Positions 36,357-50,421 of a stretch of 64,000 nucleotides of DNA are shown here, one piece after another. Source of the stretch: Octopus sinensis (lineage: Eukaryota); assembly GCF_006345805.1 (NCBI RefSeq), contig NC_043006.1:70184001-70248000 (forward strand), read 5' to 3'. Positions within the stretch are counted from its first letter, which is position 1. Each line of letters begins with the position of its first letter. A model generated the notes under the pieces. It was not told the DNA's origin and made no database searches. It saw only the letters and a program-made list of their open reading frames with translations. A program made the position numbers and the translations under genes.

Positions 36357-38846
36357 CAGGGATGCCCAACCTGCAGGCCGCGAGCTGCATTGCGGCCCAC
36401 TTAATATTTCCATGCTGCCCGCTGGCGATTCAAATTCTAAATCTATGTGTTATTTTCTAGTTATAGTTTCATTTACTTTGATAATGTATGAGATGAAAAT
36501 TATTCTCGGAGTGTGTTATTTTGAACGGACCAATGAAAACCTCAATAGAAGGAGATAAAATGAGGGAGATCATGGGGTTTATGACGTAGAATGGCTGACT
36601 CTACGTCGTAGAGTCAGCCATTTTGTTGATGCATAATTAACAGCCATTGTTTCACTTTCAATTTTTTGCAGCCGGATCAATATTGATTGTGTTACTTCCT
36701 AACCTTGTTTACAATGTCAAGTGATAATGGCTTCAGTGGTACTTCAGTGTTTCTTGTCTAGGCTAAGCCTAATGCAAATGCTTTATGCGAAAGAGCCTGT
36801 TCTTTTTTTTTTTTGTTCTGATTTCTGGAATATTGATATCAGCATGGTTACGTAATAATTTTAATTGTTAATTTTAATAGCCCATTATTTGGCCATGGCA
36901 TCTGATTCTAAGAGGATGAAGATAACAGAAGAAAAGAGAAAATTCAATATTCTATGCGCAGAAAAATATTTGGTAATTGAAACATGCAATAATATTATCT
37001 GCCTCATATGTAATGATAAAATTTCTGTATGCAAGGAATATAATATTAAGAGTCACTATGCTGCCAAACATGAGTCACAATATAATGAATTAAACGGAAA
37101 AAGAAGTAAAATGAAAATAGATGAATTGAAGAAGAAACTTAGTTCACAACAAAACAATTTCAAAAAACATGTTGGGAAAACTGGTACATGTACAAGAGTT
37201 AGTTATTTGATAGCTGAAAATTGGCTCAGAAGGGTAAGCCACTGATAGATGGCGAATTAATAAAAGAATGTATTGTAATTGCTTTTAATGAATATTGTCC
37301 CGAGAAGGTGAACTTATTCAATGAAACAAGTCTGTTGCATCAGACAATTGGTAAAAGAATTGATGACTTAGCTGACAGTATTGTGGGTTCATTGCAGGCT
37401 CAACTATCTGTGTTCATCACAGTTTATTATTGAACGAAAGTACTGAACAAAGGGACACTGCACAATTGGTTATTTTTATCAGACGAATTGACGTCATTTT
37501 AATATCATTGAAGGAATGTTGGACGTGTGTCATATGAAGGGGACAACAACGGGCAGGGACATAATTGAGCATGTTAATTTATCATTAGAAAAGTTCAATG
37601 TTGATAGAAATAAAATTAATTGGATTACAACTGATGGTGCCCCTGCATTAACTGGTAAAGGTAATGGAGTTTATTACTTTATTCAAAGAAATGGTTGATC
37701 AAGATATACTTAGCTATCTTTGCTTGATTCATCAACAGCAATTATATGCTCAACATTAAATATGAAACAGTTGATGACAGATATTGTGAAAGTTGTTCAT
37801 TTTATCAGATCTTGGGGCTTGAACCATCGTACATTCAAAGTATACTTGGTAGAAGTTTGCAGTGAGTATGAAGACGTTATTTACTTTTCAAACGTCAGAT
37901 GACTCAGTCAAGCAGCCACTTTGAACAGATTTCAATTATTGTTGCCTGAAATAAAACAGCTCATGCAAAACAAAAAGCATAATGTAGATTTGATAGCAAA
38001 TGGAGGATGGTTGAATGATCTGTCCCCCTTAGTAGAGCTCACTGATATATTAGCTGAACTTAATTCGCATTTACAAGGGAAATGTTTGAGTGAATAACAA
38101 GTTTTACTAAGTAATTAGAACTTTTCATAATACAGTTGAAGACTAGAGAAATTGTACATTTTCAGAATTTATCTAAAAGACAAGAAGAATTTCCTGTGAA
38201 CTTTGAAAAATACACTAAATTATGTGAAGCTTCGTTTGGAGATTTTACAACCAGATTTTCTGATTTCAGAAAGATAGAAACTGAACTAAAATTGTTGAGT
38301 GATCCATTTTCATTTATGTGGAAGCACCAGCCAAATACCAGCTCGAACTCATTGAACTTTAAAGTAGGGAATCTTTAATAACTTAACAGAGAGAATATGC
38401 CCTTCTTGACTTATAATTTCAATTATTTTGATCAAATTGCCAGCTTAGCCAGAAAACTATTGTGCAAATGGGGTAATACATATTGCCGTGAACAATACTT
38501 TACGTTCATGAAAAACATCAAAACTGCTGAGAGAAATAGGCTGAGTGATTGCCATTTAAATAACAGTCTTAGAGTAAAGAATGGTTCCATAAAAGCAGAT
38601 TTTGAGAATATCATAAAAAGAAAGCAATGCCAAAAATCACATTGACTTTCTTTTGTGTAATTTCATTTTTACTGTGAACAGCACATTATTTTGTATTTAT
38701 ATTTATTAAATAAAATTATTCACTATATTTTGAACTTTTTATATCTAAGTACCATTATATCTATATTTATATCTAAGTACTTTGTGGCCCGGTGAATATA
38801 CTTAAATTTATAATTTGGCCCACTAGGGAAAAGATGGACATCCCTG
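36357..38846 (+). mobile_element. Full-length decayed hAT transposon (Buster/Charlie/SPIN-like), 2490 bp
   Basis: TIRs CAGGGATGCCCAA / ATGGACATCCCTG; exact 8-bp TSD CACTAAAC at 36349-36356 and 38847-38854; fragmented ORFs with CLICN..KEYNIKSHY..KH, ITTDGAPALTG, RSWGLNHR.FK and GNTYCREQYF. Confidence 0.95.
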
Positions 38847-38996
38847 CACTAAACTGTGCAGCGGAGATACAGTGTGTGTATGAGTGTGTGCGAGTGCACA
38901 TGTGTATATAGACAAGCAAACGTAAAGACAGACAGACACACACACAAACAGATACATACATACATGCATACATACATACATGTGTATCGAGGTATA

Positions 38997-39841
38997 CAAG
39001 GTGGTACCCAAAAGTAATCGGAAACGTTCTCTGCGGGACAAGCCCGTTGTAGTTCAGGCTTCCACCTCTAGAAGCCACTTGATGCGACCCTCAGGCATCA
39101 ATCTGCCCACCGGGGTCGTCGGGTGAAGTCCTACTGCTACGTATAGCGTCTCTTCTTTGCAGTGTTTCTCCCCAGTTCGTCGATTTTTGCGATGGCTGAA
39201 ACGATAGAACAGCGTGCTTCAGTGAAATTCTGTCTTCTGCTGAGGAGTTGTCGTGCTTAGAAGGACGCTGCTATGAGTAAAACACAAGCTTACGAGTGGT
39301 TTCCATGCTTTAGGAATGGTCACTTGTCGCTTGAAGACCATCCTCGTTCAGGGCAACCATCGACCTCCCAAACGAAGGAAAACATCATGAAAATTATCTT
39401 CGAGGACCGTCGCCGGACAATTGACGAACTTGATATGACTGGTGTGTCCTGGGGCTCTTGCCAAATAATTTTGAACGAGGAATTGCGAATAAAAAGAGTT
39501 GCATCAAAATTTGTTCTTGGCTTGCTGACGGAAGATCAGAAGCAGTCACGAATGAATGCGTGAACCCGCTTACCTACCATCCCGATTCACCTGACTTGCT
39601 CCCTGTGGCTTTAATTTGTTTCCCCGAATGAAAAACGTAAAGGAAAATGTTTTGCAAATGTGGAAGAGGTGAAGAAAAAAACGACGAAGAGTTCCTGCAC
39701 GGCTTCGAAAGGTGGAAAACACGTCAGACCAATGCATTGCTTAAAATGGAGAGAATAATTTGAAGGCGATAAAAGTGTAAACATGAAAAATAAGTGAATA
39801 AAATGATATTGCAAAATTCAGGTTTCTTTTGGGTACCCCTG
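38997..39841 (+). mobile_element. Internally deleted mariner
   Basis: TA-flanked imperfect TIRs (GTACCCAAAAG); EQRASVKFC, YEWF..F..G..SLED.PRSG.P, KRVASKFV..LLTEDQK, HPDSPDL. Confidence 0.85.
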
Positions 39842-40130
39842 TATGCACGTATACATATATTCATGTCTATACGTGTGTGTATGTGTATATATATATATAT
39901 AGATATAAAAATATATATATATATAACGGGAAGCTTTACGAAAATAAATAAAAGACGAAGGCAGGTGGAGTACAAACAAACAATTGTATTAGTATGGCGC
40001 TCAGGAATAGAAATAAAACAAGTCTTTCACGTTTCGAGCCTACGCTCTTCAACAGAAAGATACACAGAAAAGAAACACGGAGAGAAACAAATATACATAT
40101 TTCTATCTCCCTCCCTCCATACATGCATAC

Positions 40131-40190
<60 letters not shown>

Positions 40191-40217
40191 TATATATATA
40201 TACGTATATATATATAC

Positions 40218-40273
<56 letters not shown>

Positions 40274-40454
40274 CAATAAATTATATAGAGAGATATAATT
40301 GAGATTCCAATAATTCATTTATATCATAACTATATTTTTCCTTGTTACCGCTAATACTTTGCATGTACCATGTCCTCACATTGTTGTTTTTCTCGTGTTT
40401 GTTCTTGGTTTTTTTTTGGGGGGGGGGGTTATGTATGTGTGTGTGTGTGTGTGT

Positions 40455-40516
<62 letters not shown>

Positions 40517-40588
40517 AATATATATACCAGAGTAAGCACATATATGCGAAACAAGGTGGAGAAAATAGTACTCGAATACCGGAGGAAG

Positions 40589-40620
<32 letters not shown>

Positions 40621-40880
40621 ACTAAAAATAAGGGTGTCAGAGACACCACCATGCCGAAATAGCAGTCAAATCCCTGACTCTAAAAACCACCTTAAATGTT
40701 CATATCGCACCATAAGATAAGACAGAGGGACAAAATAGACTAGCAAAAAGATGTTACTGAATAATTCAAGATCCTGGATTTCTAGCTTTGCTTCAAATAA
40801 GCTCTGCCTTCATCAGCTGAATATATCAGATGGGCACATAAATACAAATATATATATATACAGAACAAACGTTATACTTA

Positions 40881-42149
40881 CGAGGGGCGTTCAATAAGTA
40901 ATGCCCCTGACCCACTTCCCATAACAGTAGAGCAACGACACTTGGCACAGTTATTAGTCTTTTCCTACATAGGAACTACCCAGAGTTATGCATTTCTCCC
41001 ATCGTTTGATACAGCTCTGGAGACCGTTTTTGTAGAAGACCCCAGCTTGGTCCTCCAACCACGACGTGACTTCAGAAATCAAGGCTGCATCATCTGGGAA
41101 ACGCTTTCCTTTCAAAATCAACTTCATGGCTGGGAAGATGTGAAAATCAGAGGGTGCAAGGAGAGGAGTTCATAGCTGCACGCCTGTGCTTCTGATCTGG
41201 CGACACGCGAGTTGTGGACCGGAGCGTTGTCCTGCAGGAGGAGGATGCCTTTGCTGATCTTGCCCCGCCTCTTGATTTTGATAGCTTCTCTTAATTTCCT
41301 CAAAAGTGAAGCATAATAGGCTCCTGTAATTGTGGTACCCTTTGCCAGGAAATCTGTCATCACTACTCCGTCCTGGTCCCAGAAGACTGTGAGCATAACC
41401 TTGTCAGCCGAGGGCTGCACCCTTGCCTTCTTTGGAGGAGGTGAGTCACGGTGCTTTCACTGCATTGACTGGGCTTTGGTCTATGGATCATAGTGATGAC
41501 CCAGGTTTATCCTATGTGATCAGTCTTTTGAAAAATTTTGACTCATCTTCTTGGCACATCTCCAAATTCATCCTCGAGCACTCAACGCGTTCTTGCTTCT
41601 GGAAAGGTGTGAGCAACCTGGAAATCCATCTGGCAGACACCTTTTGCATATGCAAATGGTCATGAATGATAGTTTCCACAGACCCGGTACAAATCTTGAC
41701 CTTATGGGCTATTTTGCGAATAGTTATGCGTTGACCTTCCAAAATGGCAGCCTCAACTTGACGGACAGACGTCTCATCAACCACGCAGAAGGGGGCGACC
41801 AGATCTGGGAGCTGTTTCCACAGAGTTCCGACTATGTTTGAATCACAATGCCAGCGTTTTACAAGGTCATATGATGGGGCATCATCACCATAAGTTACTT
41901 TCATTTCATCAAAAGTCTCCCGTGGTGTGCGTCCTTTCAAATACAAAAACCAGATCACTGCTCGACACTCAACAGGCTCCATTTCACACTTGACTCAGTT
42001 CAAACACTTGTAAATCAGAAACCACAATTAGTTCAGAGCTGTAATTCGCCACTTAATCTATAGAGATATAAATAAGTGCACATGCATAATTTCAGCTAGA
42101 TCAAACAACTGCAAGTGGGTCAGGGGCATTACTTATTGAACGCCCCTCG
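40881..42149 (-). mobile_element. mariner (DD34D) copy A, frameshifted
   Basis: TA followed by CGAGGGGCGTTCAATAAGTAATGCCCCTGACCCACTT TIRs at both ends; carries a deletion of about 22 bp over the HPPYxPDL motif relative to copy B. Confidence 0.95.
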
Positions 42150-42614
42150 TACATATTCGAACGTCCATGCATACATATATATGCACGTATGTACAAGGTC
42201 AGTTCAAATTGCCCGCCAAACACCCCATAGGCACGATATGGTCAAAATAAACACCGCAGTGAATATAGTGACGAGTTATATAAATTTATAAATAAGGATA
42301 ATATCGATATTTAAATATATTTTGGGTCTTTGTCTTATCTCATGGTGCGATATAAACATTTAAGGTGTTTTTTAGAGTCAGGGATTTGACTGCTATTTCG
42401 GCATGGTGGTATCTCAGATACCCTTATTTTTAGTTGTAAAAAATTATTACCTATGTATGGTATTTTTTCCCATACTGGCCACTTGATAATATCGATATTT
42501 AAATATCGATATTATCATTATTTATAAATGTATATATATATATATAGCAATAATAAATCTCTGAACGAGATGTAAACAGTAACTGCTCTACAACGTGAAG
42601 TATACTATCCATCT

Positions 42615-42656
<42 letters not shown>

Positions 42657-42974
42657 GTGTGTGTGTTTGTGTGTGTGAATCTTGCATGTGTTAATGATTT
42701 CAAAATATAAGGTCAATGTGACACAGCAAAATTTTAGATAAATCATCAGATTTTAGAATTTTGTTAAATTAGATTGCGCCGGCGAACATACTCACACACA
42801 TACACACACACACACGCACACACACCACACACACACACACACATTCACAGACAAAAAACAAAACGCATTTCTATATATGAATGAAAACAAATATTAGTTA
42901 TGTGTCTGTGTTTGTATTCATGCGTATGTGATTGTATAATATGTGTGGGTAAGCATAAATATATATATATATAC

Positions 42975-43023
<49 letters not shown>

Positions 43024-43052
43024 CAGACAGACAGATAGATAGACAGACAGAC

Positions 43053-43092
<40 letters not shown>

Positions 43093-43100
43093 GATAGATG

Positions 43101-43163
<63 letters not shown>

Positions 43164-43164
43164 G

Positions 43165-43238
<74 letters not shown>

Positions 43239-43323
43239 TAGACAGACAGACAGACAGACAGACGGATAGAGAGAGAGAGAGCGAGAGATAGATAGAGAGA
43301 TAGATAGATAGATAGATAGATAG

Positions 43324-44390
43324 AAGTTTCTTTATTGGCCACACAAGGCTGCACACAGATGGGACAAGTTACAAGGTAGAGCTTTTCTTTTGGGGGATGA
43401 AAAAAAAAAAAAAAAACAAAAAACAAAAGAAAGAAACAAAAAAAGACAAAAAGGTGGCGTAGGTTTTCGATCAAAAGGGATCGTCAAAGGGAAAAAAGAA
43501 CAAAAAAAAGAAAAGAAAAGAAAAAAAGAAAAAGACGAAAAGGAACAAAAGAAAAGAAAAATGAAAAAAGAAGAAAAAAGAGGAAATGAAGGGGAAGAGG
43601 GAGAAAAACGATCAATAGGGATCGTGTATCACAGTGTCATGATATATGGTGTAAAGGGGAAAGCAAGTAAGGTTTATCCGTGGGAAGAAAAGCCTACGAA
43701 AAAGACCACGGTAACCTTGGTCAATATTGTTATATGTTACCACATTTGTTTGCAAGTGGGTAACCCTCTGTTTTCAATTTCTGGGTTCATAGGATTATGT
43801 TCAAGGTGGCTTCGTCATTCATACGTGCCATCCTTGCTACATTTAACCATCTTTTTTTAAAACATTCACTAGACAAAACTTACCTCTCTACTCTCACTTT
43901 CCTTTTCAAGTGATACTTGAAGAAGTTGATGAGAGGTTGACCAGAGAGGAAAGTGTTTGTCTCCAATCCTTTCAGACGCATCCACCAGATACATTCTTTC
44001 GCCATAGCCACAAGGATGATGAAAATAGCTCTTCCTTCCTGTTTGAAGGAAGGAGGCGTGACAATTTGACGATAGACTCATCTGATAACCGAACTCGTCC
44101 CACACGTGACAGCAGTGTTCTAAGACGTAAGCCCACAGGTCGGAAATTGTTGGACACTGCACGAGTACGTGCAGAACGGTTCGTCGCTCTGACCGCATCT
44201 CGGGCAGGTCGACCCCGTGTTTCTCGAGCCGTGTCTGTAGAGCTTATCCCGAACGGGTAGCGCTTCTCGGTAGCACTGCCAGGCCAGGGATCTCTGGAAG
44301 TTGTCCATGGGCCCTGGCCCGAAAGTCGTCCCGAACAGGCGGGTCAGGTATTCCTCATCGACGTCCAGGTTCGCCCCGAACTCGTCAGAC
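43324..44390 (-). mobile_element. Tx1/L1-like retrotransposon 3' fragment abutting (TATC)n
   Basis: LAWQCYREALPVRDKLYRHG..TCPRCGQSDE zinc-finger region; 3' UTR ends AATAAAGAAACTT and runs into a 330-bp (TATC/TGTC)n array. Confidence 0.72.
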
Positions 44391-44407
44391 AGATAGATGC
44401 ATACATG

Positions 44408-44439
<32 letters not shown>

Positions 44440-44613
44440 CACACTCACATAGACATGGTAAACATAGGTATATGTTTGTGATGTCTATTAACCTATTGTT
44501 ATAGTTAATATAATCGTATGATACGAATCTGTATGTGTGTTTGCATGCATATACATACACACACAGATATATGCGTATGCATGTGTGTGTGTATGTGCGT
44601 GTGTTCATATGTA

Positions 44614-45496
44614 CAGGGCGCGATGGGTAAACTACCGCCATTGTATATTTTTAATTTTGTGCATGCGCATTCTCTGTTTTTGATTTTGCCGACTATATAG
44701 TATAGTAGGGTCAGTTGGGCACCGTCTGTAAGAAAAACGTTACACAATTCACGTTTCAAAAATTTGGAAACGATGTGCTGTACTGCTTGGCTTTCGTGCT
44801 ACAAGCCCCAAAACGAATATTTAAGAGTGTTTGGATGTCAGTCTGAGGACAGTGCAATCTGAGGATATGTACCGAGAATGATAAAAATCAAACATCCAGT
44901 CAATATCTTGGTGTCTGGAGTGATCAATAGTGACGGCTACGTTATGGCTCCATTCATCTTCCCACACGGCTTCAGACTCAACACGGAGGCCTACATCAAG
45001 TGCCTGGAGGAGGTAGTGCTGCTCTGGGTCAAGAGGGTCTCTGCTGAAAGAGCCTATGTCTGGCAACAGGACTCTGCACCACGCAACACAAGCAGGGAAC
45101 CCAGTCATGGCTGTCAGACAGTTTCTGCGACCACATCACTCCTAACATCTGGCCACCTAACTCCTCAGACTGCAACTCCCTTGATTATTATGTGTAGGGC
45201 GCAGTTAAGCAAGAGACCAACAAAACTTCTCGTAACAGCAAAGATGAACTGAAGGCAAGGATTATGGCAGCATTCACCAACTTAAACATGGAGACTTCCA
45301 GAAGAGTTGCTGGAAATTCGGAAGTTGTTTGGAGACCGTGGTTGAAGCCAATGGCGATTTTATTGAATAAATTTACTCTTTAGTATTTCAAAATATTTTT
45401 ATGTAACTTTCGTAAATATATCTGTTAAAATGAGATGTCATTAGAGTTATTTTCATTTTTGCATAATTTAGACAACAATGTATTCACCGAATCCTG
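44614..45496 (+). mobile_element. maT/DD37D-type Tc1-mariner, internally deleted
   Basis: After repairing one frameshift: WQQDSAP..SWLSDSFCDHITPNIWPPNSSDCNSLDYYV, with 37 residues between the two Asp; TACAGG / CCTGTA ends. Confidence 0.8.
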
Positions 45497-45725
45497 TATA
45501 TATATGTGTCACATGTGTGAGTGACGGCAAAAATCCAATTTATCACAATGGTATGCTCATTAAATATATACGTTTATAATTACACACATACATGCATAAA
45601 TGTGTGTATACACACATACATTATTATGGCTGCCCCCTCGTTATCGAGTATGGCCACACATACATACATACATACATACATACATACATACATAATACAT
45701 ACATACATACATACGTAATATATAC

Positions 45726-45779
<54 letters not shown>

Positions 45780-46132
45780 CGTATGTACGTACCTAAGTAC
45801 GTATATACGTACATACATACATTCTACGTACCTACCTACATACATACATACATACATACATAAGTACGTACGTATATATATATATATATACATATATACA
45901 TACATACGTACGTACGAACATTCATACGTACACACACATACATCTATACATACATACACACATACATGCACACACATACACACACGCACATACATACATA
46001 CACACATACACACATACATACATACATACATACATACATACATACATACATACATACATACACACATATACACACATACAGCACACATACATACTCACAT
46101 ACATACACAAACACACATACACATACATATTG

Positions 46133-46650
46133 CTATGAAATTAATCAACAAAAGAGAAGTGAAGTCCTTGGAGCTCCAAGATGGATCCGAAAATGTAGAT
46201 TATGTGATATTTTTGTGGAAGACATCACACATGTGGTTAGCAGCTGACCAAATATATCATCAAGATATTACTGCTTCATGCGATACGACGTTACCGCAAA
46301 AACAATATACGATGCCGTTCGGAAAAAAATACTGTGCGGTAATAATTATTGAGAATTCTTATTATTAAGTTCGTACGCAAATACCAGCGCAAGGAATGCT
46401 GGTGGAATATTCCCATCAAAATCTTTTCAATTTACGGTACCATTCAGAAAGAAGACTATCCAGGAGTAAATATAGAGACTCCTTCTGTTATTGAATACAT
46501 AGACAAACACGAAGTCAAGAAATACCGTGGCGCGTTGCCATGAAAACATCCGCCGAGTGTAAACATAAGAGGCCGGACATCGTTGTTTGGGACGGGCAAG
46601 AAAACTGGTCAGCTGACTTGAATATCTGTTAAAAATTAAAGAGAAAGAGA
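46133..46650 (+). mobile_element. REL family 3 fragment following (CATA)n
   Basis: KCRLCDIFVEDITHVVSS, ECWWNIPIK, CKHKRPDIVVWD. Confidence 0.72.
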
Positions 46651-47309
46651 AGAAAACTTCTTACCACATAGCCACGCCTACTTCTGGAAAATTTCTTTTA
46701 CTCTTTTACTTGTTTCAGTCATTTGACTGTGGCCATGCTGGAGCACCGCCTTTAGTCGAGCAAATCGACTTTGTAAGCCTAGTATTTATTCTATCGGTCT
46801 CTTTTGCCGAACCGCTAAGTTACGGGGATTAAAACACACCAGCATCGGACAAACACAGGCACACAAACATATACACACACATACATATATATATATATAC
46901 TTATATACGACGGGCTTCTTTCAGTTTCCGTCAACCAGATCCACTCACAAGGCTTTGGTCGGTCCGAGGCTATAGTAGAAGACACTTGTCCAAGGTGCCA
47001 CGCAGTGGGACTGAACCCGGAAGCATGTGGTTGGTAAGCAAGCTACTTACCACACAGCCACTCTTACGCCTATAATCTTTTTCATTAGTTTATTATTTAA
47101 GGCGGCGAGCTGGCAGAATCGTTAGCACTCTGGACAAAATGCTTAGCGGTATTTCGCCCATCGCTACGTTCTGAGTTCAAGTTCTACCGAGGTCGACTTT
47201 GCCTTTCATCCTTTCGGGTTCGATAAATTAAGTATCAGTGAAACACTGAAGTCGATGTAATCGACCAGTCCCCTTGCCACAAATGTCATGCTTTGTTCCT
47301 TTTGTAGAA

Positions 47310-47378
<69 letters not shown>

Positions 47379-47443
47379 CCTTCAGCACTGAAATTAGCTA
47401 TTGTGGCCCAATGCCTTGTGCCTTCAGTAGAAAGAATTATTAA

Positions 47444-47707
47444 CCCTTCAGTACTGAAACTAGTCATTATGGCCCAAATATTCTACTTGTTTTATGTTCT
47501 AGCCAACCAGACCCTATCTATTATATCTATCCTTCAATGTCATTATAAAATATGGTGCATCAGCATGGCCGCAGCTCTGAGCTGAAACTAAAAAAAAAAA
47601 AATCACCTCATCAAAATTTTCAATGCCATGAGATAATGCAGGATTAATTTAAAACAACGTGAATGAAAAAGCATTACATTTGACAGAATAATCTGGATAC
47701 TTAAGGG
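47444..47707. mobile_element. piggyBac-type non-autonomous element (MITE)
   Basis: TTAA-CCCTT..AAGGG-TTAA termini at 47440-47448 and 47703-47711; a partial left-end duplicate lies at about 47374-47410. Confidence 0.7.
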
Positions 47708-47796
47708 TTAATTTTTCAGTCACAGCGGGACGCCACATGGAAGGGCTGAGTCAAACATATCGACCGAAGTATTTATCTTATTCAAGCGAAGTACAT

Positions 47797-48600
47797 AGCG
47801 TAGGAGTGGCTGTGTGGTAACTAGCTTGCTTACCAACCATATGGTTCCGGGTTCAGTCTCACTGCGTGGCACCTTGGACAAGTGTCTTCTACTATAGCCT
47901 AGGGCCGACCAAATCCTTGTGAGGGGATCTGGTAGATGAAAATTGAAAGAAACCCGTCGTATATACGTATATATCTATGTGTGTGTGTGTGCACCTTCGT
48001 GTTTGTGTATGCACCCTACCCCCCATCATCACTTGAGAACCGGTGTTGGTGTGTTTACGTCCCTGTAAAAGTGACCGATAGAATAATTACTACGCTTGGG
48101 ACCGAATTGCTCGACTAAAACACCCTTCAAGGCGGTGCTCCAGCATGGCCCCAGTCAAAATGACTGAAACGAGTAAAAGAATAACAAAATAAACAGGCGT
48201 AGGAGTGGCTCTGTGGTAAGTAGCTTGCTTACGAATCACATGGTTCCGGTTCAGTCCCACTGCGTGGCACCTTGGGCAAGTGTTTTCTACTATAGCCTCG
48301 GGCTGACCAAAGCCTTGTGAGTGGATTTGGTAGACGGGAAATGAAAGAAGCCCGTCGTATATATGTATATATATATATATGTATGTGAGTGTATGTGTTT
48401 GTCCCTCCAACATCACTTGACAACCGATGCTGGTGCGTTTACGTCCCCGTAACTTAGCGGTTCGGCAAAAGAGACCGATAGAATAAGTACTAGGCTTACG
48501 AAAAAAATAAGTCCTGGGGTCGATTTGCTCGACTAAAGGCGGTGCTCCAGCATGGCCACAGTCAAATGAGTGAAACAAGTAAAAGAGTAAAAGAAAATAA
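47797..48600 (+). mobile_element. Two tandem full-length family B SINEs
   Basis: Heads at about 47797 and 48196, each with body and tail. Confidence 0.88.
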
Positions 48601-48890
48601 GGTATATTGGTGGAATATTCAAATTCTAGTAAATGGAAGCATAACAAACAGACCGGATATTGCTGTTTAGTACAAACAAGAACACGTATGTAATGTCGTA
48701 GAGGCCAGCTGCCCTGCTGATATGAATAACGCTTCGGAGGGCGCGGGATGAGACCAAACAGAAAGAGGTTAGCTGTGGAAAACTGCTTTGGAACCTCCGG
48801 CTTCTATAACCAGATTATAAACTCACATTTATACCAATAATATTTGGTCTTTTAACTTTACTTTTTAAACACCGACTTGAAATGAAATAA
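48601..48890 (+). mobile_element. REL family 3 fragment
   Basis: YWWNIQI..KWKHNK.DI..C.VVEASCP.D and .LLWNLRLL.PDY.LTFIPII.G, across frameshifts. Confidence 0.65.
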
Positions 48891-49127
48891 ACACTCACGT
48901 ACACACTCGTACACACACATACACACACACACGTACACATACGCACACACACGTGCATACATACATCCACACGCACATGCACAAACACATGTGTGTGTGT
49001 GTATATGCATTTATGTATATACATCTATACATACATAAACGCATGTACACACACACACATATATATATGTATATTCATATATATGTATATATATATATGT
49101 ATATGTGTATATATATATGTGTGTGTT

Positions 49128-49174
<47 letters not shown>

Positions 49175-50390
49175 ATATATATGCATACACATATACATGC
49201 ATATAGCCATGTACAGTATATGTATATGTACATATGTACGTATGTATGTATGTATGTATGTATGTATGTAGGTAGGTATGTATGTATGTAGGTAGGTAGG
49301 TAGGTAGGTAGGTAAGTAGGTAGGTAGGTAGGTAGGTAGGTAGGTAGGTAGGTAGGTAGGTAGGTAAGTATTGGTGAAATGAGAAATTATGAGCAAGACC
49401 TCACTGAAGGTCATATGTCAGAAAATTTACCGGTGGAAATGAAATACAAACGAAAAAAAAAAAAAAAATCCAAGAACGGAAAAACAACAATAAACAAAAC
49501 AAATAAATGCTGCCATTATCAATTGAAGACATTAAGTGTCTAGTGTTAGTAGATAGACGGTCGTCTGCCAGCAGAAAACCCGACAATTGTCATAATATTC
49601 ATATAATTTCTCGATGACATTTATTCCTGTAATTGCACATCTCACCACTGTTTCAATATATGCACTCTCTGCAGTAAGTGCAGCGAGTGCAAAAGCTGAA
49701 TAGATTGACGATAAATGCTTCGACGTCACACCAGTTTAATTTTTTAAAGAAAAAGATGTCGACTCAGTGATATAATTAAGGAATTATGAAAAAAGTAATT
49801 CAACACTCAGTTTCCGTCTTCGATTAACGCTCCGTTTTATTTATTTTTTCTTTACTTTTTTATTTTTGTTAGACATTGCACGGAATGATGTGCTTGATAT
49901 GCAACAATCATAAAATAACACTAGACGTAATCCGTCGCCTTGTTTAACACCAGCTCCACCTGGTCTTTTAGCGGAGTCTGCTATTTTGTAATCACACTGA
50001 CAAAACATCGATATCTTTCTACGCTACTTCTTACAACTGCAGTTACAGAAGAAAATGACCCTGTTTTTCACCCCTCCATCTCCCACTACATCAACTTCGG
50101 AGGCTCGACAAAAATGTCACAGACGCTGCCCTTTCGCCTCTGACTAAACCGTAATTTTATTTTTTTTTCCTCTTTTGCCAAGGAATTCTCCTACACGAGT
50201 GACATTTGGTATGTCTCGGAATTTTTGGCTCGTCATCAAACTGTCTGGTTATGGCGACCTGATCAAATGCGGCCAATTGCAGCAATAACAACAAATGGGA
50301 CTGTTCTATAACGCCATCCATTCGTGTGGGGTGATGTCATCAAACACGCCTGGTTATACAGTCATTAAACCACGTGATATGTGCGTATTG

Positions 50391-50421
<31 letters not shown>

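Noticed and set aside
43390-43860. 156-aa lysine-rich ORF
   Set aside because: It is the antisense reading of the T-rich 3' UTR of the Tx1-like element.
49532-49729. 65-aa minus-strand ORF MTSKHLSSIYSAFALAALTAES..
   Set aside because: No recognisable motif or splice support; the length is expected by chance.
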